64,000 bases of DNA from Eledone cirrhosa (lineage: Eukaryota). The notes under the pieces are model-generated. The model saw nothing but the letters and a program-made list of their open reading frames with translations. It was not told the DNA's origin and searched no databases. Positions 54,001 to 64,000 of the stretch are shown piece by piece. How positions within the stretch are numbered: position 1 is the stretch's first letter; each line of letters starts with the position of its first letter. A program made the position numbers and the translations under genes. The stretch covers positions 80,290,001 through 80,354,000 of the forward strand of contig OZ024747.1 of assembly GCA_964016885.1 (NCBI GenBank). The letters are read 5' to 3'.

Positions 54001-54452
54001 AACTCTACAGGCATGGAGGTGCCGTCAGCCGGGCATGTCCGAGATCCGCGCAGGGCGACGAAACCGTCCTGCACGCACTCGTCCAGTGTCCGAAAATTGC
54101 TGACTTGTGGGTTTATGTCGAACACCTGCTGTCGCGTTTAGGACGGATCCAGCTATCATCTGAGTCTATCGTGAGGATTGCCCCGCCCTCCTCATTTAGC
54201 CGGGAAGGGCAGGCAGTTTTTATCTGTCTGGTGGCCATGGCGAAAGAGATAGTATGGTGGACACGTTTGAAAGGGCTGAAGACGAGCACTTACCTCTTCG
54301 GTGATGCTCTGATTGACTTTTTCAAATTTCATTTGAAAAGGAAAATCAGAGTAGAGAAGGAAGTGCTCTCTTCCCAGCATTTTGTTGAAAGATGGGTGAG
54401 AGAAGCAAGAATGGCCCGAGTGAATGGGCCGACTCTGAGTATATATCTGTAA
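51033..54452 (+). CDS. ORF2: APE endonuclease + reverse transcriptase, 1139 aa (C-terminal knuckle CPRS instead of CPRC)
   Basis: SINARGL, ISET, VYAP, GDWN, YLDR, TDH; DQSKAFDRV, RQGCPLS, YADD. Confidence 0.95.
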   Translation: MTSLRIGSINARGLGSSWKQGHLLNDLRSLNIDVVAISETRISEARAFAPIFGGYDVYASPSRPGSGGGVAVLFRRGLDLAIRAIFLDPEGKLVVLDVTSGDGQAFRLVAVYAPTGAGRPDFFRRLETFLGTSRSLVLVGDWNGILDARWDCVGLADRGGGCKSLTNLLRRFELSDRYRLDFPNVPMWTWTNRIGSSRSYLDRVFCREIDRSSIGCPQFKIVSYTDHKFVTCMLDLDRLHRRGPGYWKLNASLPARKAYRDRISELVKRALTGAIVNNKWWFALKRAIRIESIRFSKALAIEKNRAEGELVRKLDEALSKGIATDVLAAKLALDQFFNAKHEGCVVRARVRALRHEGTKAVQWARVAEARRGNKATIRSLVDHDGRMLLDPGQMCEAFQRHFAQLFGGSGGPGRGMDFSVYLDGLPRLSATEAKCCEKPITAAEVREAMTGCTRGKSPGLDGLPYELYVQMPDLFGGLLADVYCNWQQNGRIPSSVSRGAVALLRKDPNKGDNIDNFRPITLLNTEFKILAKVLAKRLAPVVGGLVGEAQTCAIPDRSIHDNLHLMRYIVERVAREPGTGGSLINLDQSKAFDRVDHRYLAAVLRAAGFGPVFRGWIAAMHSDICSVVRVNGHLSEPFNIMRSVRQGCPLSSLLYVLTLEPLLHKLETLRGVPRELGCGRSVSAYADDVTVVVSNAKHIEAIGTTLREYEAVTGAMINQEKSVGLQLGTWRGRSMPSNSVVGRWTDGPVKLLGVWFGPDLQTDKNWDEVTIRVASLTQKWAERKLSLKGRAEVANAYIASVICYRLTVVPCPKPRLTALERLLFRFLWKGRAPMVRRSICCQHPLRGGLGMPWLMMRRHALRLRHLHLFLDGDQVWSPFARRVFPQLVSLTELQSWVKRRPRGSAWRLECLQALTALDQSGNVIGGNSTSAFYRGLVEGKSDDVLGETLGVDENQLANLFGRTFGPGPMDNFQKSLAWQCYRGALPVRDKLYRHGGAVSRACPRSAQGDETVLHALVQCPKIADLWVYVEHLLSRLGRIQLSSESIVRIAPPSSFSREGQAVFICLVAMAKEIVWWTRLKGLKTSTYLFGDALIDFFKFHLKRKIRVEKEVLSSQHFVERWVREARMARVNGPTLSIYL

Positions 54453-54713
54453 ACTAAAGGTGGAAAACTGGGAGAGGGCACTTGCCTTGGTGGTCAGGGT
54501 CATTGTGGCTTTTTACTGGGCTTTCTCCACAAACGTCCCTCCGAAGTCTCCCCCCTATTGGGGAATTTTTCATTGTTATTTTCATTGTTATTTTTGTTAC
54601 ATCCTCTGTTTTTGTTTTTTTTACACGCAGAAATGCCCATTTGTACCGTCCTGCATTGTCCTGCACTGTCCTTAATGTCTACTTTATGTAAACCCTTGTG
54701 GTTAATAAAGAAA

Positions 54714-54754
<41 letters not shown>

Positions 54755-54969
54755 GAATGCCATGGTTGACGGAGGCTCGGCTCTGTAAGGTATAGTAATT
54801 TTTAACCGTTAAAACAATTGTAAATTGTTTAAAACTTGAACCAAATTGTTGATAAAGACACCCTCCTCCTCGTGAGAGGGGTCTTTCTGTCCGTTATTTG
54901 GCCCTTCGGGGTTAAATAACCAGTTATTGGGGTTTTGTACCCAAAATTTCATTTTAAACAAAAAACAAC

Positions 54970-57066
54970 ATGGCTACGAAAAAGAAATTTCATACGTCAC
55001 TCCCACTCATTCCGTCTTCTTCTTCCTCAATCATCACTACAGCAGAGAGAAGATTGTCTCTCTCCCTCCCTTCTTTAAATGTGTCTCTCTCCCTCCCTTC
55101 TCTTTCGCAAGTGACGAAAGAAAAGAAAAGTCTCGTGCAAAGCGTGCAAGGTTTCTCCACGACGACGACGACAGCGACGAAACAGGTGTGCGGGAAATAC
55201 GAAAACCCAGTTCATTCGTCTGACGTCAGGAATAATAGCAGTAGCAGCCGTAATAACAACTGCAACAGTGACAATGAAAACAACAGTAGCAGCCGCAACA
55301 GCATCACCAGCAGCATAAACAACAACAGCATTAGCAGCAGCAACACCAACAACAACCACAGCAACAGCGGCGGAGGCAGTAGTCGTAGTACCTGCAGCAA
55401 CAACAAAAGTACCAGCAGCTCTGACGACAACAACAACAGCAGAGAAAAACCAATCTCATTTGCAGGTATTGCGAAAAACTTGGAAACAATCCTCATAACA
55501 AATGAGGAATTAGAGGAAGCGAAGAAGATGGTGACAAAGAACGGACACCGAGCAATCTGCAAGGCAGCGGAAAAATTTTTCAAAACCCAAGAGCACTGTA
55601 CGGTCACGGACCGTACAGTAAGTACAAAATCCCGTAGGGTGGAAAGAGCCACAGAGGCCCAAATACAAAAAGCCTTGGGGTCTGTGTGGCAGCGGAAAAC
55701 GCACATCACCCGAGGCAAAAAATATGCCACCGTAGACGTACTTTTTGCCACACCCCAGGAGGCAAAGGCCCAATCAGTAGTGACCCTAAGGAGCGAGGAA
55801 ATGGTGTTGGTGCCCTCCTACTGCGGGCAAAAAATTGTGAGGGTCAAACTGACCCACGTCCCCCCCGGAATGACCCCTTCTTGGCTGGCCGCGTCTGTCC
55901 TAATCGGAATCGAGGACAAAACAACTGTACTGCAAGTACAGAAAAAAGTAAGAGAAGATTGGGTCGGCTCCTCCATTGAGATGCTAATCCAAACCAACCA
56001 GGAGTGCATCGAAGCTATCCCGGATGTGATAGACTTCGATAACGGCACTCAACTGCCCATAAGTGTTGAGGGCAAACGCCCGAAATGCTTTCGCTGTGGA
56101 TCGAAGACTCACCTCAGGGCCTTCTGCAACGAGAAGACCCTGAGAAAGGAGAAAACCCCCCTCCTTCCGAATCCGGCTCCACGGCTACCAGCAACAGGAC
56201 AAGCGGCAACCAGGAACGATAGGTCCGTGGCACCCATACCCACGCCACGGAAATCAAAAACAGCAGCAGCAGTGGAAATATTAACAACAACAACAGCAAT
56301 ACCAAATGCAGCTGCAACAGAGACTCCAGTGCAAACATCACCAACAACAACAAGTGAAAGAGTGGAGCTGGTACCCCTCCCCGACCTCACAGAATCAGAC
56401 ATGGAGTGTGAGGTGGGAGAGGGATGGCAAAAGGTCGCAAGAAGGCACAAACGCAGAAGCAGCGCATCGTCGCCTTTGAAAAGGGAGGAAAGAAATGAGA
56501 AAAGGGTGAAGTCTACTGCAAAGAGACCCACAGCAGCAACAACACCAACACCATCACCACCCACACTAGCACCACCATCACCACCGGCGACAACCCCACC
56601 GCCAACAACACCTTCAACACCACCACCACAAGCACCAACATCGCAAACACAACAACAAAACACACACACCCAGCAACAACGACAAGAAAATAGCAGAACC
56701 ACACCCCACCCCCAGAAAAACAAATGCACGGCAATAAATACACACAACAAGAAACTAATGACTTACATAATTGAACACACAGACATTTCACAACAGGACT
56801 ACATAATACCAGCACCAATCAAAACGCCAACTAACATAAGACTGCTAAAAATAGCACAGAAACAATACACAAACATTAAAACGAAATTCCCCAACGCAGT
56901 TGGTGATTTCAGGGACCTAGGAGGAACCATCAATCGAAGAGTATACTCAGACATTCTCTTAGAAGAGCCGACGACCAGCCGAAGGGACGATTCAACGGTC
57001 CCTTCACCAGACGATCAAGTGAAAAGAGATGTAAAAACCATCCCTCCTCTACCAAAAGTACGGTAA
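54970..57066 (+). CDS. ORF1 gag-like nucleic-acid-binding protein, 698 aa
   Basis: Intact ORF; CX2CX4HX4C knuckle; Ser/Asn-rich and Pro/Thr-rich low-complexity segments; W.KV.RRHKRR basic patch. Confidence 0.92.
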   Translation: MATKKKFHTSLPLIPSSSSSIITTAERRLSLSLPSLNVSLSLPSLSQVTKEKKSLVQSVQGFSTTTTTATKQVCGKYENPVHSSDVRNNSSSSRNNNCNSDNENNSSSRNSITSSINNNSISSSNTNNNHSNSGGGSSRSTCSNNKSTSSSDDNNNSREKPISFAGIAKNLETILITNEELEEAKKMVTKNGHRAICKAAEKFFKTQEHCTVTDRTVSTKSRRVERATEAQIQKALGSVWQRKTHITRGKKYATVDVLFATPQEAKAQSVVTLRSEEMVLVPSYCGQKIVRVKLTHVPPGMTPSWLAASVLIGIEDKTTVLQVQKKVREDWVGSSIEMLIQTNQECIEAIPDVIDFDNGTQLPISVEGKRPKCFRCGSKTHLRAFCNEKTLRKEKTPLLPNPAPRLPATGQAATRNDRSVAPIPTPRKSKTAAAVEILTTTTAIPNAAATETPVQTSPTTTSERVELVPLPDLTESDMECEVGEGWQKVARRHKRRSSASSPLKREERNEKRVKSTAKRPTAATTPTPSPPTLAPPSPPATTPPPTTPSTPPPQAPTSQTQQQNTHTQQQRQENSRTTPHPQKNKCTAINTHNKKLMTYIIEHTDISQQDYIIPAPIKTPTNIRLLKIAQKQYTNIKTKFPNAVGDFRDLGGTINRRVYSDILLEEPTTSRRDDSTVPSPDDQVKRDVKTIPPLPKVR

Positions 57067-57101
57067 GTGGTCTTTCCCATCTTTTCCACTCTATTTTAAA
57101 C

Positions 57102-60100
57102 ATGACCTCCCTCAGAATAGGCAGCATAAATGCGCGTGGCTTGGGGTCGTCATGGAAGCAGGGTCACCTGCTCAACGACCTCAGGTCACTAAACATAGAT
57201 GTAGTGGCCATCAGCGAGACCAGAATCTCCGAAGCACGGGCCTTCGTACCGATCTTCGGCGGCTACGATGTGTACGCATCTCCCAGCCGTCCTGGATCGG
57301 GTGGAGGAGTTGCTGTGCTTTTTCGGAGAGGTTTGGATCTCGCCATACGGGCCATCTTCCTGGACCCAGAGGGTAAGCTGGTGGTGCTGGACGTGACCAG
57401 CGGAGACGGGCAAGCTTTCAGGCTAGTGGCCGTCTATGCCCCGACAGGAGCAGGGCGGCCTGATTTCTTCCGGCGTCTGGAGACCTTTCTTGGAACGTCC
57501 CGCTCTTTAGTGTTAGTGGGCGACTGGAACGGGATCTTAGATGCACGCTGGGACTGTGTGGGATTAGCGGATAGGGGTGGAGGGTGCAAGAGCCTCACCA
57601 ACCTGCTCAGGCGTTTTGAACTGTCTGACAGGTACCGATTGGATTTCCCGAATGTGCCAATGTGGACTTGGACAAACCGCATAGGGTCATCCAGATCATA
57701 TCTAGATAGAGTATTTTGTAGGGAAATAGATAGGTCTAGCATGGGCTGTCCACAATTCAAGATAGTCAGCTACACGGACCACAAATTCGTGATCTGTGTG
57801 CTTGACTTAGATAGGCTTCATAGACGAGGACCCGGCTACTGGAAGCTAAACGCGTCCTTACCAGCGCGCAAGGCCTACAGAGACCGGATTAGCGAACTAG
57901 TTAAGCGGGCGTTGACGGGGGCCATCGTCAACAACAAGTGGTGGTTTGCTCTGAAAAGAGCGATTAGAATAGAATCGATTAGGTTTAGTAAGGCTTTAGC
58001 AATAGAGAAAAATAGAGCAGAGGGAGAACTAGTTAGAAAATTAGACGAGGCGCTTAGCAAAGGCATTGCGACCGACGTGCTTGCGGCGAAATTGGCCCTT
58101 GACCAATTCTTCAATGCAAAGCACGAAGGCTGCGTTGTCAGAGCTAGGGTGCGTGCTCTCAGACACGAGGGGACGAAAGCCGTTCAATGGGCCCGAGTGG
58201 CGGAGGCGCGTCGTGGCAACAAAGCCACGATCCGGTCTTTGGTGGACCACGACGGGCGCATGCTACTCGATCCCGGGCAAATGTGTGAAGCTTTTCAGCG
58301 ACACTTCGCTCAGCTGTTCGGGGGCAGCGGGGGGCCGGGTAGAGGGATGGACTTTAGTGTCTACCTCGACGGACTGCCGCGGCTCTCGGCCACTGAGGCG
58401 AAGTGTTGCGAAAAGCCGATAACAGCCGCTGAAGTAAGGGAGGCAATGACTGGCTGCACAAGGGGCAAATCGCCTGGTTTGGATGGTCTGCCCTATGAAC
58501 TTTACGTACAGATGCCAGACTTGTTCGGAGGCCTCTTGGCGGACGTCTACTGCAACTGGCAACAGAACGGGAGAATTCCCAGTTCTGTGAGCCGAGGAGC
58601 GGTGGCACTGCTGAGAAAGGATCCGAACAAGGGGGATAACATAGACAATTTCCGGCCCATAACTCTGCTAAACACAGAGTTTAAGATTTTGGCCAAGGTG
58701 CTAGCAAAGAGGTTGGCGCTTGTCGTTGGTGGTCTGGTGGGAGAGGCGCAGACATGCGCCATTCCCGACAGATCCATCCACGACAACCTCCACCTCATGC
58801 GATACATCGTAGAGAGGGTAGCTAGGGAACCTGGCACGGGTGGGTCCTTGATCAATTTAGATCAGTCGAAAGCTTTCGATAGGGTCGACCATCGTTACCT
58901 AGCGGCAGTCCTGAGGGCGGCTGGCTTTGGGCCCGTCTTCAGAGGCTGGATCGCTGCCATGCACAGCGACATCTGCTCTGTGGTGAGAGTGAACGGTCAC
59001 CTGTCGGAACCGTTCAACATCATGCGCTCGGTCCGCCAAGGATGTCCCCTCTCGTCCCTCTTGTACGTATTGACTCTCGAGCCATTACTGCACAAACTGG
59101 AGACGTTGAGGGGGGTCCCGCGCGAACTAGGATGCGGAAGATCCGTATCAGCATATGCGGACGATGTCACCGTAGTGGTGTCGAACGCCAAACACATCGA
59201 GGCGATCGGCACTACACTAAGAGAATACGAAGCGGTGACAGGAGCAATGATCAACCAGGAAAAGTCAGTGGGCCTGCAGCTCGGCACCTGGAGAGGCAGG
59301 TCCATTCCGTCCAACAGCGTCGTCGGACGCTGGACGGACGGACCGGTTAAATTGCTAGGGGTCTGGTTCGGTCCGGACCTCCAGACGGACAAAAACTGGG
59401 ACGAGGTGACGAGCAGGGTGGCTTCTCTCACCCAGAAATGGGCCGAGAGGAAGCTATCCCTGAAAGGTCGAGCGGAGGTGGCTAACGCGTACATCGCGTC
59501 CGTCATCTGCTACCGCCTGACCGTCGTACCTTGTCCTAAGCCTCGCCTGACTGTGCTGGAGCGTTTGCTCTTTCGCTTTTTGTGGAAGGGACGCGCTCCG
59601 ATGGTCAGGCGGTCCATCTGTTGTCAACACCCGCTACGTGGAGGGCTGGGCATGCCGTGGCTGATGATGCGCAGGCACGCGCTCAGGCTACGACATCTCC
59701 ACCTCTTCCTCGACGGTGATCAGGTGTGGTCGCCGTTTGCTAGACGCGTGTTTCCCCAGCTCGTTTCCTTGACGGAGCTGCAGTCCTGGGTCAAGCGAAG
59801 ACCGAGAGGGAGCGCCTGGAGACTGGAATGTCTTCAGGCGCTCACAGCCCTCGACCAATCGGGCAATGTGATCGGTGGAAACTCCACCTCGGCGTTCTAT
59901 AGAGGATTAGTGGAGGGGAAGAGCGACGACGTACTTGGGGAAACTCTAGGCGTCGACGAAAATCAACTAGCCAATCTCTTCGGAAGAACTTTCGGGCCAG
60001 GGCCTATGGACAACTTCCAGAAATCTCTGGCCTGGCAGTGCTACCGAGGAGCCTTGCCAGTTCGGGATAAACTCTACAGGCATGGAGGTGCCGTCAGCCG

Positions 60101-60521
60101 GGCATGTCCGAGATGCGCGCAGGGCGACGAAACCGTCCTGCACGCACTCGTCCAGTGTCCGAAAATTGCTGACTTGTGGGTTTATGTCGAACACCTGCTG
60201 TCGCGTTTAGGACGGATCCGGCTATCACCTGAGTCCATCGTGAGGATTGCCCCGCCCTCCTCCTTTAGCCGGGAAGGGCAGGCAGTTTTTATCTGCCTGG
60301 TGGCCATGGCGAAAGAGATAGTATGGTGGACACGTTTGAAAGGGCTGAAGACGAGCACTTACCTCTTCGGTGATGCTCTGATTGACTTTTTCAAATTTCA
60401 TTTGAAAAGGAAAATCAGAGTAGAGAGGGAAGTGCTCTCTTCCCAGCATTTTGTTGAAAGATGGGTGAGAGAAGCAAGAATGGCCCGAGTGAATGGGCCT
60501 ACTCTGAGCATATATCTGTAA
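57102..60521 (+). CDS. ORF2: APE endonuclease + reverse transcriptase + C-terminal CCHC, 1139 aa
   Basis: All APE and RT motifs present; CPRC...ETVLHALVQC intact. Confidence 0.95.
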   Translation: MTSLRIGSINARGLGSSWKQGHLLNDLRSLNIDVVAISETRISEARAFVPIFGGYDVYASPSRPGSGGGVAVLFRRGLDLAIRAIFLDPEGKLVVLDVTSGDGQAFRLVAVYAPTGAGRPDFFRRLETFLGTSRSLVLVGDWNGILDARWDCVGLADRGGGCKSLTNLLRRFELSDRYRLDFPNVPMWTWTNRIGSSRSYLDRVFCREIDRSSMGCPQFKIVSYTDHKFVICVLDLDRLHRRGPGYWKLNASLPARKAYRDRISELVKRALTGAIVNNKWWFALKRAIRIESIRFSKALAIEKNRAEGELVRKLDEALSKGIATDVLAAKLALDQFFNAKHEGCVVRARVRALRHEGTKAVQWARVAEARRGNKATIRSLVDHDGRMLLDPGQMCEAFQRHFAQLFGGSGGPGRGMDFSVYLDGLPRLSATEAKCCEKPITAAEVREAMTGCTRGKSPGLDGLPYELYVQMPDLFGGLLADVYCNWQQNGRIPSSVSRGAVALLRKDPNKGDNIDNFRPITLLNTEFKILAKVLAKRLALVVGGLVGEAQTCAIPDRSIHDNLHLMRYIVERVAREPGTGGSLINLDQSKAFDRVDHRYLAAVLRAAGFGPVFRGWIAAMHSDICSVVRVNGHLSEPFNIMRSVRQGCPLSSLLYVLTLEPLLHKLETLRGVPRELGCGRSVSAYADDVTVVVSNAKHIEAIGTTLREYEAVTGAMINQEKSVGLQLGTWRGRSIPSNSVVGRWTDGPVKLLGVWFGPDLQTDKNWDEVTSRVASLTQKWAERKLSLKGRAEVANAYIASVICYRLTVVPCPKPRLTVLERLLFRFLWKGRAPMVRRSICCQHPLRGGLGMPWLMMRRHALRLRHLHLFLDGDQVWSPFARRVFPQLVSLTELQSWVKRRPRGSAWRLECLQALTALDQSGNVIGGNSTSAFYRGLVEGKSDDVLGETLGVDENQLANLFGRTFGPGPMDNFQKSLAWQCYRGALPVRDKLYRHGGAVSRACPRCAQGDETVLHALVQCPKIADLWVYVEHLLSRLGRIRLSPESIVRIAPPSSFSREGQAVFICLVAMAKEIVWWTRLKGLKTSTYLFGDALIDFFKFHLKRKIRVEREVLSSQHFVERWVREARMARVNGPTLSIYL

Positions 60522-60782
60522 ATTAAAGGTGGAAAACTGGGAGAGGGCACTTGCCTTGGTGGTCAGGGTCATTGTGGCTTTTTACTGGGCTTTCTCCACA
60601 AATGTCCCTCCGAAGTCTCCCCCCTATTGGGGAATTTTTCATTGTTATTTTCATTGTTATTTTCGTTACATCCTCTGTTTTTGTTTTTTTTACACGCAGA
60701 AATGCCCATTTGTACCGTCCTGCATTGTCCTGCACTGTCCTTAATGTCTACTTTATGTAAACCCTTGTGGTTAATAAAGAAA

Positions 60783-60829
<47 letters not shown>

Positions 60830-61329
60830 ATAGTCATGATGCTCAATTGTAATGGAAGCCGTAACACATATATATAAAAAAAGTCTAATAAGACTGGAGG
60901 CTCATGGGAATGTTGGGGCTGGTAATTTTGTTGCTGGCAACACGCTGTGTCAGCTGTAATAAACATGGCGAATGTATGGTGAACAGAAAACTAAATCCGA
61001 TTGGATTCCCTGTACACATTCGTATTTTAGCGTCAGTATTGGTATCGATGTTTCTCAATAATTCCTGTATATGTTTTAGAAATGTTCTATATGGAAGCAG
61101 TATTATGCATGAGTTCGTAGTTATAAACATGCATTTTTGGATGTGTTTTTATGTAAAACATAAATTCATGAACATATATACGTATGCAAGCACGCATACA
61201 CACATATAGATGCAAGTACCCTCAACTATGCACAATACAGCTTTCATATCTATGTATATATGTATGTGTGTGAGTGTGTGTGTGTGTGTGTGAGAGAGAG
61301 TGGTTGAGAGAGTGTGTGAGAGAGTGGTT

Positions 61330-61364
<35 letters not shown>

Positions 61365-61601
61365 TGTGTGTGTGTGTGTGAGTGCGTGTGTGTGAGTGTG
61401 TGTGTGTGTGTGATAGAGAGTGTGTGTGTGTGAGTGTGTGTGTGTCTGTGCGTGTATGTATGTGTGATTTTTAAAATGTTGAGTGGATATGTATTCATTG
61501 AAAATTCATCGAGCTTCAACGTACGTAGTTTTTGACTATGAAAAATAGTAAAAAAGATACGTGTTGAACCTTCCAACACGCACATATATATGTACCCACA
61601 G

Positions 61602-61668
<67 letters not shown>

Positions 61669-61900
61669 TCTCTCTGTATATATATATATATATAATATAA
61701 GATCAAAAGATGGTTAAAGGAGTTCCAAGTATTTTATTATGGGCATTTCAAAAACAAACATCATCATGCAATAATATTTGTGTTTTCATCAGATAAATCA
61801 GGAGAACATGATATGAAGGCTAAAAAACACTTGTGGATAGTGCAGTTTTAAATCAACATATGAAAAGTGGTTTTAGATTGATGTGTGATATTGGGAAAAA

Positions 61901-62217
61901 TATTTTATTTAGAGAGGGGGGGGGGGGGTGGAAAGGATGAAAAAGGGGAGGAGATGAGAGGGAGAGATGGGTGATAGAGAGAAAGAGATAGCTTTTGTAA
62001 CTGAGAGGAGATATACTGTCCCACACAGAGAGGTTGAAAACCGTTGGAAGATAATGTATAAACCCAAAAAAATTTTTGAAAATCAACGAAAGGAGGATAT
62101 GTGCGAGGAAAAAGTATTTTATTTAGGGAGGGTGGGGGTGGGGGGTGGGGGGTGGAAAGGATGAAAAAAAGGGGGAGGAGATGAGAGTGAAGGTGGAGAG
62201 GGAGAGATGGGCGATAT
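61901..62217 (+). repeat. Imperfect direct duplication of a ~75-100 bp G-rich polypurine segment
   Basis: tattttatttag.gaggg(G-run)tggaaaggatgaaaaa..ggggaggagatgagag...ggagagatggg.gata at 61901-61976 and 62115-62216. Confidence 0.7.
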
Positions 62218-62656
62218 TGTACTACAATAAAACTCACCTCCTACATATATATATATATATATGTTTGTTAAAGGTAAACAGAAATAACAACACAATCGGT
62301 ACATATATATTACTCCAAGTAATCAGTGTTGGTTGATCGAGCAATCGAGCGTCTTTAGTGTAATCACTTAATACTCCACGCCGTGTGTACCAAAAGGTAT
62401 TACCTATATGGTATCAAACGGAGTGTCAATATTATAAAAAACGAAGAGTGACGGTATCATGCAAACATCTTCAGTTTATTTACTGAACTACGTACTTTCT
62501 CATGGAAATATCTTCAGCCAATCTTTGACCAGGATGGGTTGATACATAAACAGTTGATGCAACAATAATTTAATATAAAACTAAGAATGTATTTATTGTA
62601 CTGAATTTGTTGTAAATTACTCATCACTGGTTCATGGATTTCTCTTTTCTTTTCAG

Positions 62657-62733
62657 GTAGTGAACAAATTACCACCACTTGGACAGCAGACCTTCACGAG
62701 AGTGCATGATTTCATTCTGCAATTCCAAATGGA
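62657..62733 (+). CDS. Candidate 77-bp internal exon of an unidentified host gene
   Basis: Strong acceptor tttctcttttcttttcag, open frame VVNKLPPLGQQTFTRVHDFILQFQM, donor GA|gttagt; more GC-rich than flanks. Confidence 0.5.
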
Positions 62734-63049
62734 GTTAGTAATATTTCAATCTTTTCCTGTTTATATTTTAAAGTTTAACTAACGTTTACTTAATCCATCA
62801 TATTACATTGGTTATTGTCGTCTTTTTAATTCAAGTGATTTCTAAACCTTTTTTTCAAAAACTAAGATGTGACATAAAAACGGGTAGCAGATTGCTTTCC
62901 ATCTGCACGAATAGAAGACGGGGTTTGATTTGGCCCCAGTTTGGGATCTACCAAAAATCCATAAATATTCAGACAGAATCTTATTTCTTGTTGTTTTCAT
63001 TGACGCCATTATTATTATTTACATAGTCGGGATACCTGATACGGGATAC

Positions 63050-63168
63050 GGTCTGAGTTCAAATCCAATCGAGGTTAACTTTGCCTTTCATCCTTACAGG
63101 GTCGATAAATCTAAAGTACCAGTAATGTACTGGGTAATTGCTGGCCTTGTGCCAAAAGTAGAAACAAT
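63050..63168 (+). mobile_element. 5'-truncated family-1 SINE
   Basis: ctgagttcaaatcc..tcgaggttaactttgcctttcatcc...ggccttgtgccaaaagtagaaacaatt. Confidence 0.8.
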
Positions 63169-64000
63169 TATCATTTACATAGTCATTTTCATTATTATTA
63201 ATTCCATCACACTCTAGAGGAATACGACTCGTACTGGTTCGCCCCTTATCTCGCTTTGACGTCTAGCAAAGAAGAGTTCCACAACAAAGGGAGATAAGAA
63301 CGCTTAAATCCAGCAGCCGATCACAATTTCGTACACATTTCTTTTCGTATTCCATATGTGTTTTTCATTCCTGATATATTGTGCTTGTATTGGTAAGGTA
63401 GAACAACAATATCTTGTGAGATTGGTTTCTATGTGTATGTATCATGTTTACTCTAACGGAATCCAACCATCTTTAAACAAGAAAGCGGAGTTTATAAATG
63501 TATTCCGTTGGCTTATTGAAATGGAATATTTACCAGCCGTCTTCACTATATTGACTTTGATCTTGTATACATCTGTTTCTTCTACCAGTCGATATCCTGT
63601 ATTCTAGTATTCTCACTGTGACTCTCACTACGAAGTTACGGCTGCTATCAACTGCAATTTGAATGCCTACAGTAGAGGATGTTGATTAACAACTTTATAG
63701 TTTTCCTTACTAGTCGTAGATTGTAATTCAATTATGTAAACCATTAAATAGCCCATAGAAAGGAAAACAGATTTTAGGCAATATATTTCACGTTTTCGAC
63801 GAGCTAAAGCGATTCCCGTAGACATCTTACATAGGCAGCAACATGCAACAAAATGCAACACTCTAAGTTAATACATAAACATAGCTGATATTTAAACACT
63901 AATTACAAAGAACCAGACCTTTTACTTTTTCAGTATTTCTCAATAATTGTGTTGGAATGAAATATCCATAAGGAATGACCATGTGATTAAGACTTTTGCT

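Larger units (their letters stand above)
48684..54715 (+). mobile_element. Full-length Tx1/L1-like LINE, copy 1
   Basis: 5' UTR, ORF1, ORF2 and 3' UTR with aataaa; (ATT)n on both sides. Confidence 0.95.
54755..60784 (+). mobile_element. Full-length Tx1/L1-like LINE, copy 2 (both ORFs intact)
   Basis: Tandem with copy 1, separated only by (ATT)13 at 54716-54754; followed by (ATT)n at 60785-60828. Confidence 0.95.

Overview
Repeat-dominated eukaryotic DNA, AT-rich with very dense (TA)n/(CA)n/(CTAT)n/(ATT)n microsatellites. The SINE families and overall texture suggest an octopus/cephalopod genome (inference from recognition, not a search). It is probably intronic or intergenic: I see only one plausible host exon (62657-62733). 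Most ORFs in the track are microsatellite or antisense artefacts. The real coding content is retrotransposon-derived: a 5'-truncated Naiad-type Penelope-like element (PLE) arranged as a 1.55-kb inverted repeat (5992-9810), two full-length head-to-tail Tx1/L1-like LINEs in (ATT)n, one apparently intact (48684-60784), a near-intact R4/Dong-like RLE element, RTE fragments, a non-autonomous Helitron and many tRNA-derived SINEs. The most notable signal is non-coding. At least seven unrelated small elements sit in (TA)n tracts and share one architecture (inverted arm + forward arm + unpaired 3' tail). Most of them carry recognisable type I hammerhead ribozyme (HHR) motifs. One (3381-4243) preserves a complete ~521-bp, ORF-less, circularly permuted monomer with a single HHR, making it a candidate retrozyme-like or mini-PLE system. 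All structures were folded by eye and no alignment, folding or database search was run.
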